A stretch of DNA of 32,000 nt, taken from contig OY780959.1 in assembly GCA_963675915.1 (NCBI GenBank), forward strand, positions 2,460,001 to 2,492,000, in the 5' to 3' direction. Origin of the DNA: Coprobacillaceae bacterium. Its GTDB lineage: Bacteria > Bacillota_I > Bacilli_A > Erysipelotrichales > Coprobacillaceae. Both the position numbers and the translations under genes were made by a program. Under the pieces are notes generated by a model. That model saw only the letters and a list, made by a program, of their open reading frames with translations, was not told the DNA's origin and did no database searches. Shown here piece after piece: positions 18,793 through 27,690 of this stretch; within the stretch, counting starts at the first letter, position 1; the number at the start of each line of letters is the position of its first letter.

Positions 18793-19158
18793 ATGCCAAA
18801 CCCAATCGTAAATTTTTTCTTGGGTAGTGATGAAGAGGGGGAAGATTTCACTCCAACATCAAGTCATCCTACCAAACAACAATTAGAAGATAAATTAGAT
18901 GAAGAGTGTGATGGCGATATTGTATTCTTCAAACCATTAAATATTGACTCGACCAAGAAATTCGTCGATTACCTTAAAGCTGGCCGGAGCATTGTCCTTA
19001 ATGTTGCCCAACTGTCAGATGAGGCTAAAACAGACACATTGACTTTTATCCAGGGAGCTTTACTGGTCCTTGAAGGTCAGATGTTTGAGGTTGGAATGGA
19101 TATCTACTTGTGTACGCCAGAAGGTATCGAAGTAGGCCGTCAATTGGGTCGATACTAG
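18793..19158 (+). CDS. SepF paralogue (copy 2, diverged)
   Basis: MPNPIVNFFLGSDEEGEDF N-terminus. Core IVFFKPLNIDS, SIVLNVAQL, FIQGALLVLEG, DIYLCTP. ATG 18793 lies 7 nt after AGGAGGA (18779-18785). Confidence 0.8.
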   Translation: MPNPIVNFFLGSDEEGEDFTPTSSHPTKQQLEDKLDEECDGDIVFFKPLNIDSTKKFVDYLKAGRSIVLNVAQLSDEAKTDTLTFIQGALLVLEGQMFEVGMDIYLCTPEGIEVGRQLGRY

Positions 19159-19169
19159 GAGATATGATT

Positions 19170-19445
19170 ATGGAAACTAATGTAACTAATACTGCCACAG
19201 AAAACCTGACAGGTGATTTTATCATCTATCAGCCACGTGAATATAACGAAGTCACCGTTATTTCCGACTATCTCAAAAACAATCAGAGTGTCATAGTAAA
19301 TTTGGAACTGGTCAGTGATGAAACTGCCACATACCTGGTTCACTTTTTAAGCGGAGTGATTTACGGTATCGATGGCGATATTCATAATTTGGGATTGAAG
19401 ACATACCTGTGCACCCCAAGTACCATCAGTGTCGGGGGATTCTAA
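19170..19445 (+). CDS. SepF paralogue (copy 3, core domain only)
   Basis: 91 aa. METNVTNTATENLTGDF runs directly into the core IIYQPREYNE, SVIVNLELV, FLSGVIYGIDG, KTYLCTP. ATG 19170 lies 7 nt after AGGAGA (19157-19162). Confidence 0.8.
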   Translation: METNVTNTATENLTGDFIIYQPREYNEVTVISDYLKNNQSVIVNLELVSDETATYLVHFLSGVIYGIDGDIHNLGLKTYLCTPSTISVGGF

Positions 19446-19451
19446 CGCCAA

Positions 19452-20207
19452 ATGGCTTATTTCAAAGATGAAGAACAGTTTATCAATCAGATCCAAACCT
19501 TGAAGGCGCAGGCTGGTGATAATCTCAAGATAGTTACGACAATTTTTCTTGATCCTTACCGTCAGCAGATTGTAAGACAGCTGCTTAATTCAAGTGATGA
19601 GCTGCAATGTGAGGCTTACAGCGGATTTAAAGACGGAGAATATGCCCGGATGGTGATTGCTCCGAAGTTCTACGAACTTGAGGACGAGGATTTCCAGGTC
19701 AAAGTGCTTCGGATTTCATATCCGGTCAAATTCGGCAAACTGGAACACCGCGACGTCCTTGGGTCGTTGATGTCATTGGGGGTTAAACGGGAAATGTTCG
19801 GAGATATCTATGAACATGAGCGCGACTTCTTGGTGGCGGTCGATGCCAAACTTGTCGGTTATGTGATTGATAATCTCAAGAAGATCAAGCGGTTCAATGT
19901 GAAAATAAAGATTGAAACCGAAACGGTTGCCGGATTTGTCAAATTTACCAAGGAAGTATTCTTTGTTTCGTCATACCGACTTGACAAAATTATCGCAACC
20001 GTGTTTAAAATTAACCGCAAATTAGCCGTCGAAAGCATTGAAGCCGGGATGGTCAAAGTAAATTATAAAACCGTTGAACAAATAAGTTTTTTATGTAATA
20101 ATAACGATATAATATCTTTTAAAAAACATGGGAAAGTTCGAATAGAATTCACGAATCGGAAGTCGAAGTCCGATAATAATGTTATCGAAGGGTATTTTTA
20201 TTCTTAG
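19452..20207 (+). CDS. ylmH: YlmH-family RNA-binding (S4-like domain) protein
   Basis: About 250 aa, sitting between sepF and divIVA as in Bacillus-type dcw clusters. C-terminal S4-like segment (RLDKIIATVFKINRKLAVESIEAGMVKVN). Confidence 0.75.
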   Translation: MAYFKDEEQFINQIQTLKAQAGDNLKIVTTIFLDPYRQQIVRQLLNSSDELQCEAYSGFKDGEYARMVIAPKFYELEDEDFQVKVLRISYPVKFGKLEHRDVLGSLMSLGVKREMFGDIYEHERDFLVAVDAKLVGYVIDNLKKIKRFNVKIKIETETVAGFVKFTKEVFFVSSYRLDKIIATVFKINRKLAVESIEAGMVKVNYKTVEQISFLCNNNDIISFKKHGKVRIEFTNRKSKSDNNVIEGYFYS

Positions 20208-20221
20208 AAGGGGAGTTGTGT

Positions 20222-20671
20222 ATGGGAGGATTCAATCGTCGATTATTTGGTTATTCGATCAAACAGGTGGATCAAAGAGTTGCCGCTTTAAATAAACAAG
20301 TTGAATATTATCAGGGTCGAATAGATGTTCTCGAAGAGGATATCAGTCAAAAAGACACCTTAATTGAAGAGATGACAATCCAACTGGATGCAGCGACTGA
20401 AAAAGTTGAAGTGATGGAAGCGACTCAGGAAGAGATTGCGAGAATGGCATTGAAAGAGGCGGCTACGCTGATTAACAAAGCCAAGCATAATGCGAATCTT
20501 ATTTTGACTGAATCGTTGCTTTACGTCCGTTCGTTATCCGATGAAATGGATGATTTCAAACATAAAACCGCAAAATTCAGAACTGCGGTAGTTGAAATGT
20601 CGAAAGATTTATTGGATACTATTGACAATTCCGAAGTTTTTACTATACTTAGTGAAGACAAGAAAGATTAA
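20222..20671 (+). CDS. divIVA: DivIVA-domain coiled-coil protein
   Basis: N-terminal F-x-GY-x(3)-VD motif (FNRRLFGYSIKQVDQRV) followed by a long heptad-rich helix. Immediately upstream of ileS. ATG 20222 lies 7 nt after GAAGGGGA. Confidence 0.75.
   Translation: MGGFNRRLFGYSIKQVDQRVAALNKQVEYYQGRIDVLEEDISQKDTLIEEMTIQLDAATEKVEVMEATQEEIARMALKEAATLINKAKHNANLILTESLLYVRSLSDEMDDFKHKTAKFRTAVVEMSKDLLDTIDNSEVFTILSEDKKD
20622..20649 (+). promoter_or_regulatory. ileS promoter candidate embedded in the divIVA 3' end
   Basis: TTGACA (20622-20627), 16-nt spacer, TATACT (20644-20649). Confidence 0.55.
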
Positions 20672-20674
20672 AAT

Positions 20675-20890
20675 GCGTTGAAAGAGACTGTTTACTAATG
20701 GCGTCTGCAGAGACCTGGCGGATGGTGAAAGCCAGGGATTAAGTTAGTAATGAATCACTCTGGAGCAGCCCTTTGAAACTAGTAGAAGGAGCCGTTAGTC
20801 CCGTTAAGACTTTTAAGCGAGCATAATATTTTTATGCTAACTAAGGTGGTACCGCGATAATTCGTCCTTATTTTTATAAGGACTTTTTTT
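20675..20890 (+). promoter_or_regulatory. T-box riboswitch leader, isoleucine-specific (AUC specifier), with terminator
   Basis: AGAGA box, GGTGAAAG distal loop closed by CCTGGC/GCCAGG, and specifier loop GTAATGAA-ATC-A (ATC 20754-20756). Conserved AACTAAGGTGGTACCGCG (20839-20856). Terminator GTCCTTA/TAAGGAC (20864-20883) plus a T7 run. Confidence 0.92.
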
Positions 20891-20908
20891 ATTTGGAAGG
20901 AGAGAACG

Positions 20909-23635
20909 ATGAATTATAAAGATACCTTATTAATGCCCAAGACATCATTTGAAATGCGGGGTAATTTGCCAAAGAAAGAACCTAAATACGTCCAACGTTG
21001 GCAAGAAAGCAAGATGTATGAGAAAGTAATCGCTCAAAACGAAGGAAATCAGGATTTTGTTTTCCATGATGGGCCTCCATATGCAAATGGAAACATGCAT
21101 GCCGGACATATGTTGAACAAGGTAATCAAAGATGTTATCTGTCGATATAATAATATGATTGGAAACTATACTCCATATATCCCAGGTTGGGATACTCATG
21201 GTCTTCCAATCGAAACTGCAATTCAAAAACTGGGAGTTGACCGCAAAACCATGCCGGTTACCGAGTTTAGAAAAAAATGTGAAGAGTATGCTTACAAGCA
21301 AGTGGAAAACCAAATGGGTCAATTGATCCGAATGGGTACTTTCGCGGATTACGAACATCCATATCTTACTTTGATGAAAGAATTCGAAGCCAATCAGATT
21401 GATGTTTTCGCAAAAATGGCATTGGATGGTTTGATTTATAAAGGATTGAAGCCAGTTTACTGGTCTCCTTCATCTGAATCTGCATTGGCAGAAGCTGAAA
21501 TCGAATACCATGATGTCAAATCACCGACTATTTTCGTCAAATTCCCGGTGAAAGACGGTAAAGGAATTCTGGATAATGATGTCAACTTCGTTATCTGGAC
21601 AACCACACCATGGACAATCCCAGCCAACCTGGCGATCTGTCTGAATCCACTTTACACTTACTCTTTATTGGAAACCGAAAAAGGTAAGTTGATTGTTCTT
21701 GATGAGCTTGTGGATTCTTTAATGGAGAAATTTGGAATTGAAGAATATAAAACAATCACGCAATACAAAGGAAGCGAACTGGAATTCATCACTTGTCAGC
21801 ATCCATTATATGACCGCGAATCACTGGTAATCCTGGGTGACCACGTTACTGCTGATGCCGGTACCGGATGTGTCCATACCGCACCTGGATTCGGGGCGGA
21901 CGACTTCTTTGTCGGACAAAAATACGGACTCGAAGCATATTGTAATGTTGATGAACATGGTAAGATGATGGCTATTGCCGGAGAATGGCTGGAAGGTCAA
22001 TATGTTGACGATGCCAATAAGACTGTAACGCAAAAATTGGATGAAATCGGCGTGTTGCTTAAACTTGAATTCATCAAACATAGCTACCCACATGACTGGC
22101 GTACTAAAAAACCAATCATCTTCAGAGCAACTGACCAATGGTTCTGCTCAGTAGATAAAATCAGAGAAAAACTTTTAAGTGAAATCGAAAAAGTGAACTG
22201 GCTTAATGAGTGGGGAGAAATCCGTATTCATAACATGATCAAAGACCGTGGTGACTGGTGTATTTCCCGTCAGCGTTCATGGGGAGTTCCAATCCCAATC
22301 ATCTACTGTGAAGATGGGACACCAATCATGGATGAAGCCGTTTTCGAAAGAATTTCTAATTTGTTTAGAGAATTCGGTTCTAATGTCTGGTTCGAAAAAG
22401 ATGAAGCTTTCTTGCTGCCTGAGGGATATACGAATGAACATTCTCCAAATGGTGTCTTCAAGAAAGAAAAAGATATCATGGACGTTTGGTTCGATTCAGG
22501 TTCTTCTCATACCGGGGTCATGATTGAAAGAGGATACCGTTATCCGGTTGATCTTTACTTCGAAGGTTCTGACCAATACCGCGGATGGTTCAACTCTTCA
22601 TTGATTATCGGGGTTGCCGCTCATGGTCAGGCACCTTATAAAACTGTTTTGTCACATGGATTCGTCCTTGATGGAAAAGGAAACAAGATGTCAAAATCAT
22701 TGGGGAACACAGTTGATCCACTTAAACTTGTTGAAAAATTCGGTGCGGATATCGTTCGTCTTTGGGCTACCAGCGTAGCTTATATGCAAGATGTTCGGAT
22801 TTCTGATGAAATCATGCGCCAAGTTTCAGAATCTTACCGTAAAATTCGTAATACAATGCGTTTCGTATTGGGGAATATCGGAGATTTCACTGAAGCTGAC
22901 TTGGTGGCGGTCAATGATCTGGAATCAGTTGACAAATACATGCTGGCTAAACTGAATGACTTGATCAAAGCGTATCAAGAAGCATTTGCGAACTATGATT
23001 TTGCTGAAGCGAATCATGTGATTCTCAACTACTTCACTAACGTACTTTCAGCGTTCTACATGGACTTCACCAAAGATATTCTTTATCTTGAAAAAGGTGA
23101 CAGCAAACGTCGTCGTCAGGTTCAGACAGTTCTTTATCATCATGCCAAAGTATTGATGAAGCTTCTTTCACCAATACTGGTATTTACTGCTGAAGAACTT
23201 CATGACAACTTTGTTTGTGATGCGAATAAAGCTGAGTCAATCTTCCTGGAACCGGCTCCTGCTCTATTTGAAGTCGAAGATGAAGATCAGGTTAAAGAAT
23301 TCTTCAATGGATTCTTGGATGTTCGCAAAGATGTCTTGAAAGCCTTGGAAGGACTGCGTAACGAAAAGATTATCAAATCGAACATGGAAGCCAAAGTATA
23401 CTTGTCTTTAAAAGACGAGTACAAAGCTATCGGCGAAATGGCTGATTTGAACAAACTGTTCATTGTTGCCAAAGTTGAACTTGTGGATGATGAAACAATG
23501 ACTGAGTACGACAGTGCTTTTGTCAAAGTTGAAAAATTCGAAGGACATCAATGTCCACGTTGCTGGAACTATTTCGATGAAGATGAAATGGTTGACGGTT
23601 TGTGCGTACGTTGCAATAGTGTCGTAAACAAATAA
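20909..23635 (+). CDS. ileS: isoleucine--tRNA ligase
   Basis: HIGH-type motif PYANGNMHAGH, KMSKS (GNKMSKSLGN), C-terminal zinc knuckles CPRCW...CVRC. 908 aa. Confidence 0.98.
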   Translation: MNYKDTLLMPKTSFEMRGNLPKKEPKYVQRWQESKMYEKVIAQNEGNQDFVFHDGPPYANGNMHAGHMLNKVIKDVICRYNNMIGNYTPYIPGWDTHGLPIETAIQKLGVDRKTMPVTEFRKKCEEYAYKQVENQMGQLIRMGTFADYEHPYLTLMKEFEANQIDVFAKMALDGLIYKGLKPVYWSPSSESALAEAEIEYHDVKSPTIFVKFPVKDGKGILDNDVNFVIWTTTPWTIPANLAICLNPLYTYSLLETEKGKLIVLDELVDSLMEKFGIEEYKTITQYKGSELEFITCQHPLYDRESLVILGDHVTADAGTGCVHTAPGFGADDFFVGQKYGLEAYCNVDEHGKMMAIAGEWLEGQYVDDANKTVTQKLDEIGVLLKLEFIKHSYPHDWRTKKPIIFRATDQWFCSVDKIREKLLSEIEKVNWLNEWGEIRIHNMIKDRGDWCISRQRSWGVPIPIIYCEDGTPIMDEAVFERISNLFREFGSNVWFEKDEAFLLPEGYTNEHSPNGVFKKEKDIMDVWFDSGSSHTGVMIERGYRYPVDLYFEGSDQYRGWFNSSLIIGVAAHGQAPYKTVLSHGFVLDGKGNKMSKSLGNTVDPLKLVEKFGADIVRLWATSVAYMQDVRISDEIMRQVSESYRKIRNTMRFVLGNIGDFTEADLVAVNDLESVDKYMLAKLNDLIKAYQEAFANYDFAEANHVILNYFTNVLSAFYMDFTKDILYLEKGDSKRRRQVQTVLYHHAKVLMKLLSPILVFTAEELHDNFVCDANKAESIFLEPAPALFEVEDEDQVKEFFNGFLDVRKDVLKALEGLRNEKIIKSNMEAKVYLSLKDEYKAIGEMADLNKLFIVAKVELVDDETMTEYDSAFVKVEKFEGHQCPRCWNYFDEDEMVDGLCVRCNSVVNK

Positions 23636-23642
23636 ACAATTA

Positions 23643-23676
23643 AGTGTCGGTTAGAAAAATAACCGACACTTTTTTT
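23643..23676 (+). terminator. Rho-independent terminator after ileS
   Basis: AGTGTCGGTT (23643-23652) / AACCGACACT (23661-23670) followed by a T-run. Confidence 0.85.
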
Positions 23677-23706
23677 AGTGTTTGAAGATTATTGCCGGCT
23701 GGAGGT

Positions 23707-23735
23707 TTGACTCGTATCATGGGAAAAGGTATAAT
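23707..23735 (+). promoter_or_regulatory. near-consensus promoter for the ABC transporter pair
   Basis: TTGACT (23707-23712), 17-nt spacer, TATAAT (23730-23735). Confidence 0.65.
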
Positions 23736-23829
23736 TTAGATATAGGAAAACACAGGTGTTTCCCGGGAAATCTTTTCTGTTAAGGCAGCTTCTCAATAAT
23801 TTTTCAAAAATAATAAAGGAGAAAATCAG

Positions 23830-24663
23830 ATGATTACAATTACTAATTTAACCAAAAAATTTGGTGATTTCACAGCTGTTGATGCAGTCAACCTCGATAT
23901 CACCGAAGGGAAGATATACGGTTTTGTCGGAAAAAACGGGGCCGGTAAATCAACTACTATCCGAACTATGATGAATATGCTTTACCCGACCGATGGAGAA
24001 ATTCAAATTGGTGGTTTGGATTCAATCAAGGACACCAAAAAAATCAAGAAAACGACCAGCTATATGCCGTCGGATATCACTTACTACGATAATTTGAAAG
24101 TGATGCAGTTTCTCAAATTCATCCTCAAGTTCACTTCCAAATCGCTTGATGATGCACTTGAACTCGCCCGTCATTTTGAATTGGACACTTCCAAAAAAAT
24201 TGCGGAATTGTCACTTGGGAACAAAAAGAAAGTATCAATTATTGCCATGCTTTTGAAAGATGCCGATGTGCTGGTTCTCGACGAGCCGACCAATGGATTG
24301 GATCCGCTAATGCAAAAGAAATTTTTTGAAATAATTATTCAATTACGCGATAGCGGGGTGACTACGTTCTTGTCTTCACATAACCTTTTGGAAATTGAAC
24401 GTTATTGTGACGAGGTGGCCATTATCAAAGATGGAAAAATTGTCGAAGTATTCGATATGGCCAAAGTGGATATCAAACACAAGCAGACAGTCACCTACAA
24501 AATCAAAGGACAGGAAGAAGTAAGTCGTGATATCACCGAGGATATCAATGAACTGATTCAAAAACTGGCCGGATACGATTTGGATTATCTTGAAATCAAG
24601 AATAAAAGTGTCGAGGATGAGTTTATCGGCTACTATGAAAGCGAGGAAAAATCAAATGCTTAA
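23830..24663 (+). CDS. ABC transporter ATP-binding protein (ABC-2/exporter type)
   Basis: Walker A GKNGAGKST, signature LSLGNKKK, Walker B VLVLDEPTNGLD, H-loop SSH. Confidence 0.9.
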   Translation: MITITNLTKKFGDFTAVDAVNLDITEGKIYGFVGKNGAGKSTTIRTMMNMLYPTDGEIQIGGLDSIKDTKKIKKTTSYMPSDITYYDNLKVMQFLKFILKFTSKSLDDALELARHFELDTSKKIAELSLGNKKKVSIIAMLLKDADVLVLDEPTNGLDPLMQKKFFEIIIQLRDSGVTTFLSSHNLLEIERYCDEVAIIKDGKIVEVFDMAKVDIKHKQTVTYKIKGQEEVSRDITEDINELIQKLAGYDLDYLEIKNKSVEDEFIGYYESEEKSNA

Positions 24664-25456
24664 CAATATTTTGAAATTGATGCGATTTCAACTACGTAAC
24701 CGCAAGAATGTGATTCTTGGCTGGACAGTAGGTTCATTCGGTCTGATGTTTTTATATATGATTCTTTTCACATCAATGCAAGATGTGGCTCAGGCGAAAT
24801 TAGATGCCATGCCCGAAGAACTGCTCGAGGTTTTCGGGGTGTCGTCTTTTGCGGCGATGAGTAACTGGGTTTCATATTTTGGCATGATATTCGGAATCTT
24901 CGTTTTGATTATTTCGTTTTTCAGTGCAACGTTCACCGGGAGTCTTATTTTCAATGAGGAAAAATCCAAATCGATTGAATTCCTCAATTCATTGCCGGTT
25001 TCCCGGGTTGAAATATTTCTGTCGAAAGTCCTGACTGCCTTTATCGGGGTTACAGTAGTCCTGTTGGCATCATGTACTTCGGCACTGCTTTGCGGTTTTA
25101 TCAACGGGGGCGAAACTTTCGTTTTGATCGATGTTTTGAGTATTATGAAAATTTCGGGATTCATCCCTTACATTTTCATGGGGGCGGCCTTGTTGATTGG
25201 AGGGTTCACAACCAGGGCATCGACTTCGATGCTTGCAAGTGCGTCGGTAATCGGTCTCTATATGATCGGATATCTTGGCGGACTTATGGAAAATGAGATT
25301 TTGACCAAGATTTCACCGTTCAAGGTTTTTGACTCGACTCATGCATTGGGGATGTCAAATGAGACCTTCATCATGCTGGGAATATTCTTTGCTCTCATGG
25401 TTGCCATGATCATGACCGGAGGCTGGGTTTATAACAAGCGCGATTTTAATATTTAA
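24656..25456 (+). CDS. ABC-2 family transporter permease
   Basis: Six predicted TM segments. ATG 24656 (MLNNILKLMRFQL) overlaps the ATPase stop by 8 nt. The ORF-track start 24590 lies inside the ATPase gene. Confidence 0.8.
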   Translation: MLNNILKLMRFQLRNRKNVILGWTVGSFGLMFLYMILFTSMQDVAQAKLDAMPEELLEVFGVSSFAAMSNWVSYFGMIFGIFVLIISFFSATFTGSLIFNEEKSKSIEFLNSLPVSRVEIFLSKVLTAFIGVTVVLLASCTSALLCGFINGGETFVLIDVLSIMKISGFIPYIFMGAALLIGGFTTRASTSMLASASVIGLYMIGYLGGLMENEILTKISPFKVFDSTHALGMSNETFIMLGIFFALMVAMIMTGGWVYNKRDFNI

Positions 25457-25462
25457 TTACCT

Positions 25463-25490
25463 AAAATCAGGGTGCTCCCCTGATTTTTTT
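25463..25490 (+). terminator. Rho-independent terminator after the ABC-2 permease
   Basis: AATCAGGG / CCCTGATT hairpin followed by a T7 run. Confidence 0.8.
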
Positions 25491-25491
25491 A

Positions 25492-25520
25492 TTTAAGTAA
25501 ACGGTGATTTATGGTAAAAT
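25492..25520 (+). promoter_or_regulatory. extended -10 promoter candidate for the DMT-PBP-manA unit
   Basis: TTTAAG (25492-25497), 17-nt spacer, TGgTAAAAT (25512-25520). Confidence 0.5.
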
Positions 25521-25542
25521 TTCACATAGGAGTAATAAAGAT

Positions 25543-26427
25543 ATGATGATAAAAAAATATAAAGCCCAGTTGCTTTTGACCAGTGCTGCATTTATCTGGG
25601 GGAGCTCGTTTGTGATTGTGAAGGAGTCGGTTACCAGTATCGATCCGGGAATTCTCATAGCCATCAGATTTTTCCTTGCCAGTATTGCGGTATATATAAT
25701 GTTTTACCCTAAATTGAAAAAAATCACCTTACCAGAGATTTGGCGCGGGGTGGTTATCGGAATATTTCTTTTTAGCGCCTATATGGTTCAGACGATTGGG
25801 ATTCAAACAACCACTTCGTCAAAAAATGCTTTTTTAACAGCGACGTATGTGGCTATTTTACCGTTTATCTATTGGGCGTATTATCGCAAAAAACCGGACC
25901 GGTTCAACTTTTCGGCGGCGTTTTTGTGTCTTTTGGGAGTCGGGCTGATTTCACTTAACGGTTCTTTTGGCATTGGGATGGGGGATTCTTTTTCGCTGAT
26001 GGCCGGTTTATTCTTTGCCTGCCATATTCTTTCAATCAAGATTTTTTCTCCGGCGATTAACCCCTACAAAATGACCCTGATATCATTCGTGACAACTTCG
26101 GTTTTGGCCTTGGGGTATGGATTGGTTTACGAAAACTGGCCGACTGCTGCCAGCTTTGATCTGACAACCATCTTAAGCATCATGTACCTGGCGGTATTTT
26201 GCAGTGCTTTGGCTTTGCTGTTCCAAAATATCGGACTGGAGATGGTTGATTCGATGACAGGAAGTGTTCTGCTTTCTTTGGAAAGTGTATTCAGTGTGGT
26301 TTTTTCAATCTTGTACGGGGAAATCCTGACGCCCAAGATGTTCATCGGATTCGCGATGATCTTTTTGGCGGTGATAATATCGGAAACCAAATTAAGATTT
26401 CTAAAAACCAGGAAAGGAGTATTATGA
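25543..26427 (+). CDS. DMT-superfamily (EamA-type) permease
   Basis: About 10 TM segments and two EamA-like halves. Start set to ATG 25543 (AGGAG upstream) because the ORF-track GTG 25504 lies within the predicted promoter spacer. Confidence 0.8.
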   Translation: MMIKKYKAQLLLTSAAFIWGSSFVIVKESVTSIDPGILIAIRFFLASIAVYIMFYPKLKKITLPEIWRGVVIGIFLFSAYMVQTIGIQTTTSSKNAFLTATYVAILPFIYWAYYRKKPDRFNFSAAFLCLLGVGLISLNGSFGIGMGDSFSLMAGLFFACHILSIKIFSPAINPYKMTLISFVTTSVLALGYGLVYENWPTAASFDLTTILSIMYLAVFCSALALLFQNIGLEMVDSMTGSVLLSLESVFSVVFSILYGEILTPKMFIGFAMIFLAVIISETKLRFLKTRKGVL

Positions 26428-27677
26428 AAAAAATATTGATATGTTGTTTGAGTCTGCTCCTGGTTGCAGTCACAGCCACACCGGTTCAGGCGCAAGAAAA
26501 TGTGAATATAAGCCTGTATGATGATTACGCGATTGTAATTGATAATGAAACCGGGATAGTACTTGGCGGTAAAAATGCCGATGAGAGAATGTATCCGGCC
26601 AGTATTACCAAAGTGGTTACCGTGGCGGTAAGTTTGCCTTTGATTGAAGACCTTGATGAGACTACGGTGATTACTGCCAATGATCTGGCGACAATATATG
26701 CCAATGGAGCTTCAGCGGCCTATTTTCAGGTAGATGAGACGGTATCCTATCGGGATTTGGTGCTGGGGGCCTTGATACCTTCGGGAGCCGATGCCTGCCG
26801 GGCGCTGGCGTTTAATCTGTTTGGTTCCCAGGAGGCAATGGTGGCTGAAATGAATAAATTGGTGGAGTCGCTCGGGTTGCAAAATACGCATTTTACCAAT
26901 AATATCGGTCTCCATGATGAAGAACATTATACAACTGCCTACGACATGGCCCAGTTGGTCAGATACGCCTGCAGTGTTGAAGGTTTTGAGGAACTGTTCA
27001 ATGTGAATAAGGCGACTTCTACGAGCGGTTTGCACACCTGGTACAAGAAAGTTGTTTACAACGCCCGCAATTCCGGTTTGTCGACCGAAAACCTGTTGGG
27101 ATGCAAGTCCGGTTACACATACGAGGCCCAGAGCACTCTGGCTTCATTGATGAATGCCAATGGCCGCAAGGTTGTCGTTGTAGTGGCCCATTCGAAGCAT
27201 GCGCCGGAACAGTATTCGACGTGCATGTATGATACAATCAAGTTGACTGATTATGTCAACAGCAATAGTGCTGACTATGAAGTGGTCGCGTCCGGCCAGA
27301 CTGTCGGGGAAATCGAGGTTATTGATGGAATCGAGGATACTATTCCGGCGGTTACCAACGAAAGCCTGACCCTGTTTTTGCCTAATGACTATCAGAGTAG
27401 GATTCAGCTTAATTACGAGCCAGTCAGTCTCGAGGCACCGATTATGGAGAATCAACAAGCCGGAAAACTTGAAGTCAGCTATGATGGAACAGTGATGGCG
27501 GTTTTGGATGTTTCAACCGCAAACGCGGTGGAACGAGACCATATTGCTTACTTCATCCGCTATCCGATTCGGTTGCTCTTTCCATATGTGACCGCAATTG
27601 CCCTGATGATTATTTTTATCTTGCTGATGCTGTTAAAAATAAAATTGAATCAGGAAAGTACAAAAATCAAACATTAA
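26424..27677 (+). CDS. serine-type D-Ala-D-Ala carboxypeptidase (peptidase S11 / PBP5-like) with signal peptide and C-terminal TM anchor
   Basis: Signal peptide ending PVQA-QE, SxxK motif ASITK (S60), second motif SGA (120-122), KSG (GCKSGYT), hydrophobic C-terminal tail. ATGA overlap with the DMT gene. Confidence 0.85.
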   Translation: MKKILICCLSLLLVAVTATPVQAQENVNISLYDDYAIVIDNETGIVLGGKNADERMYPASITKVVTVAVSLPLIEDLDETTVITANDLATIYANGASAAYFQVDETVSYRDLVLGALIPSGADACRALAFNLFGSQEAMVAEMNKLVESLGLQNTHFTNNIGLHDEEHYTTAYDMAQLVRYACSVEGFEELFNVNKATSTSGLHTWYKKVVYNARNSGLSTENLLGCKSGYTYEAQSTLASLMNANGRKVVVVVAHSKHAPEQYSTCMYDTIKLTDYVNSNSADYEVVASGQTVGEIEVIDGIEDTIPAVTNESLTLFLPNDYQSRIQLNYEPVSLEAPIMENQQAGKLEVSYDGTVMAVLDVSTANAVERDHIAYFIRYPIRLLFPYVTAIALMIIFILLMLLKIKLNQESTKIKH

Positions 27678-27690
27678 AAGGAGAAAAATT

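Noticed and set aside
23736-23829. Possible regulatory RNA in the 5' UTR of the ABC transporter (hairpin GGAAAACAC-AG-GTGTTTCC)
   Set aside because: It is a single imperfect hairpin with no T-run, no alternative pairing with the SD and no recognisable riboswitch motif. That is insufficient evidence.
25504-25542. GTG 25504 as the start of the DMT permease
   Set aside because: It lies inside the spacer of the predicted TTTAAG-17-TGgTAAAAT promoter and so would be upstream of the transcript start. ATG 25543 has AGGAG upstream.
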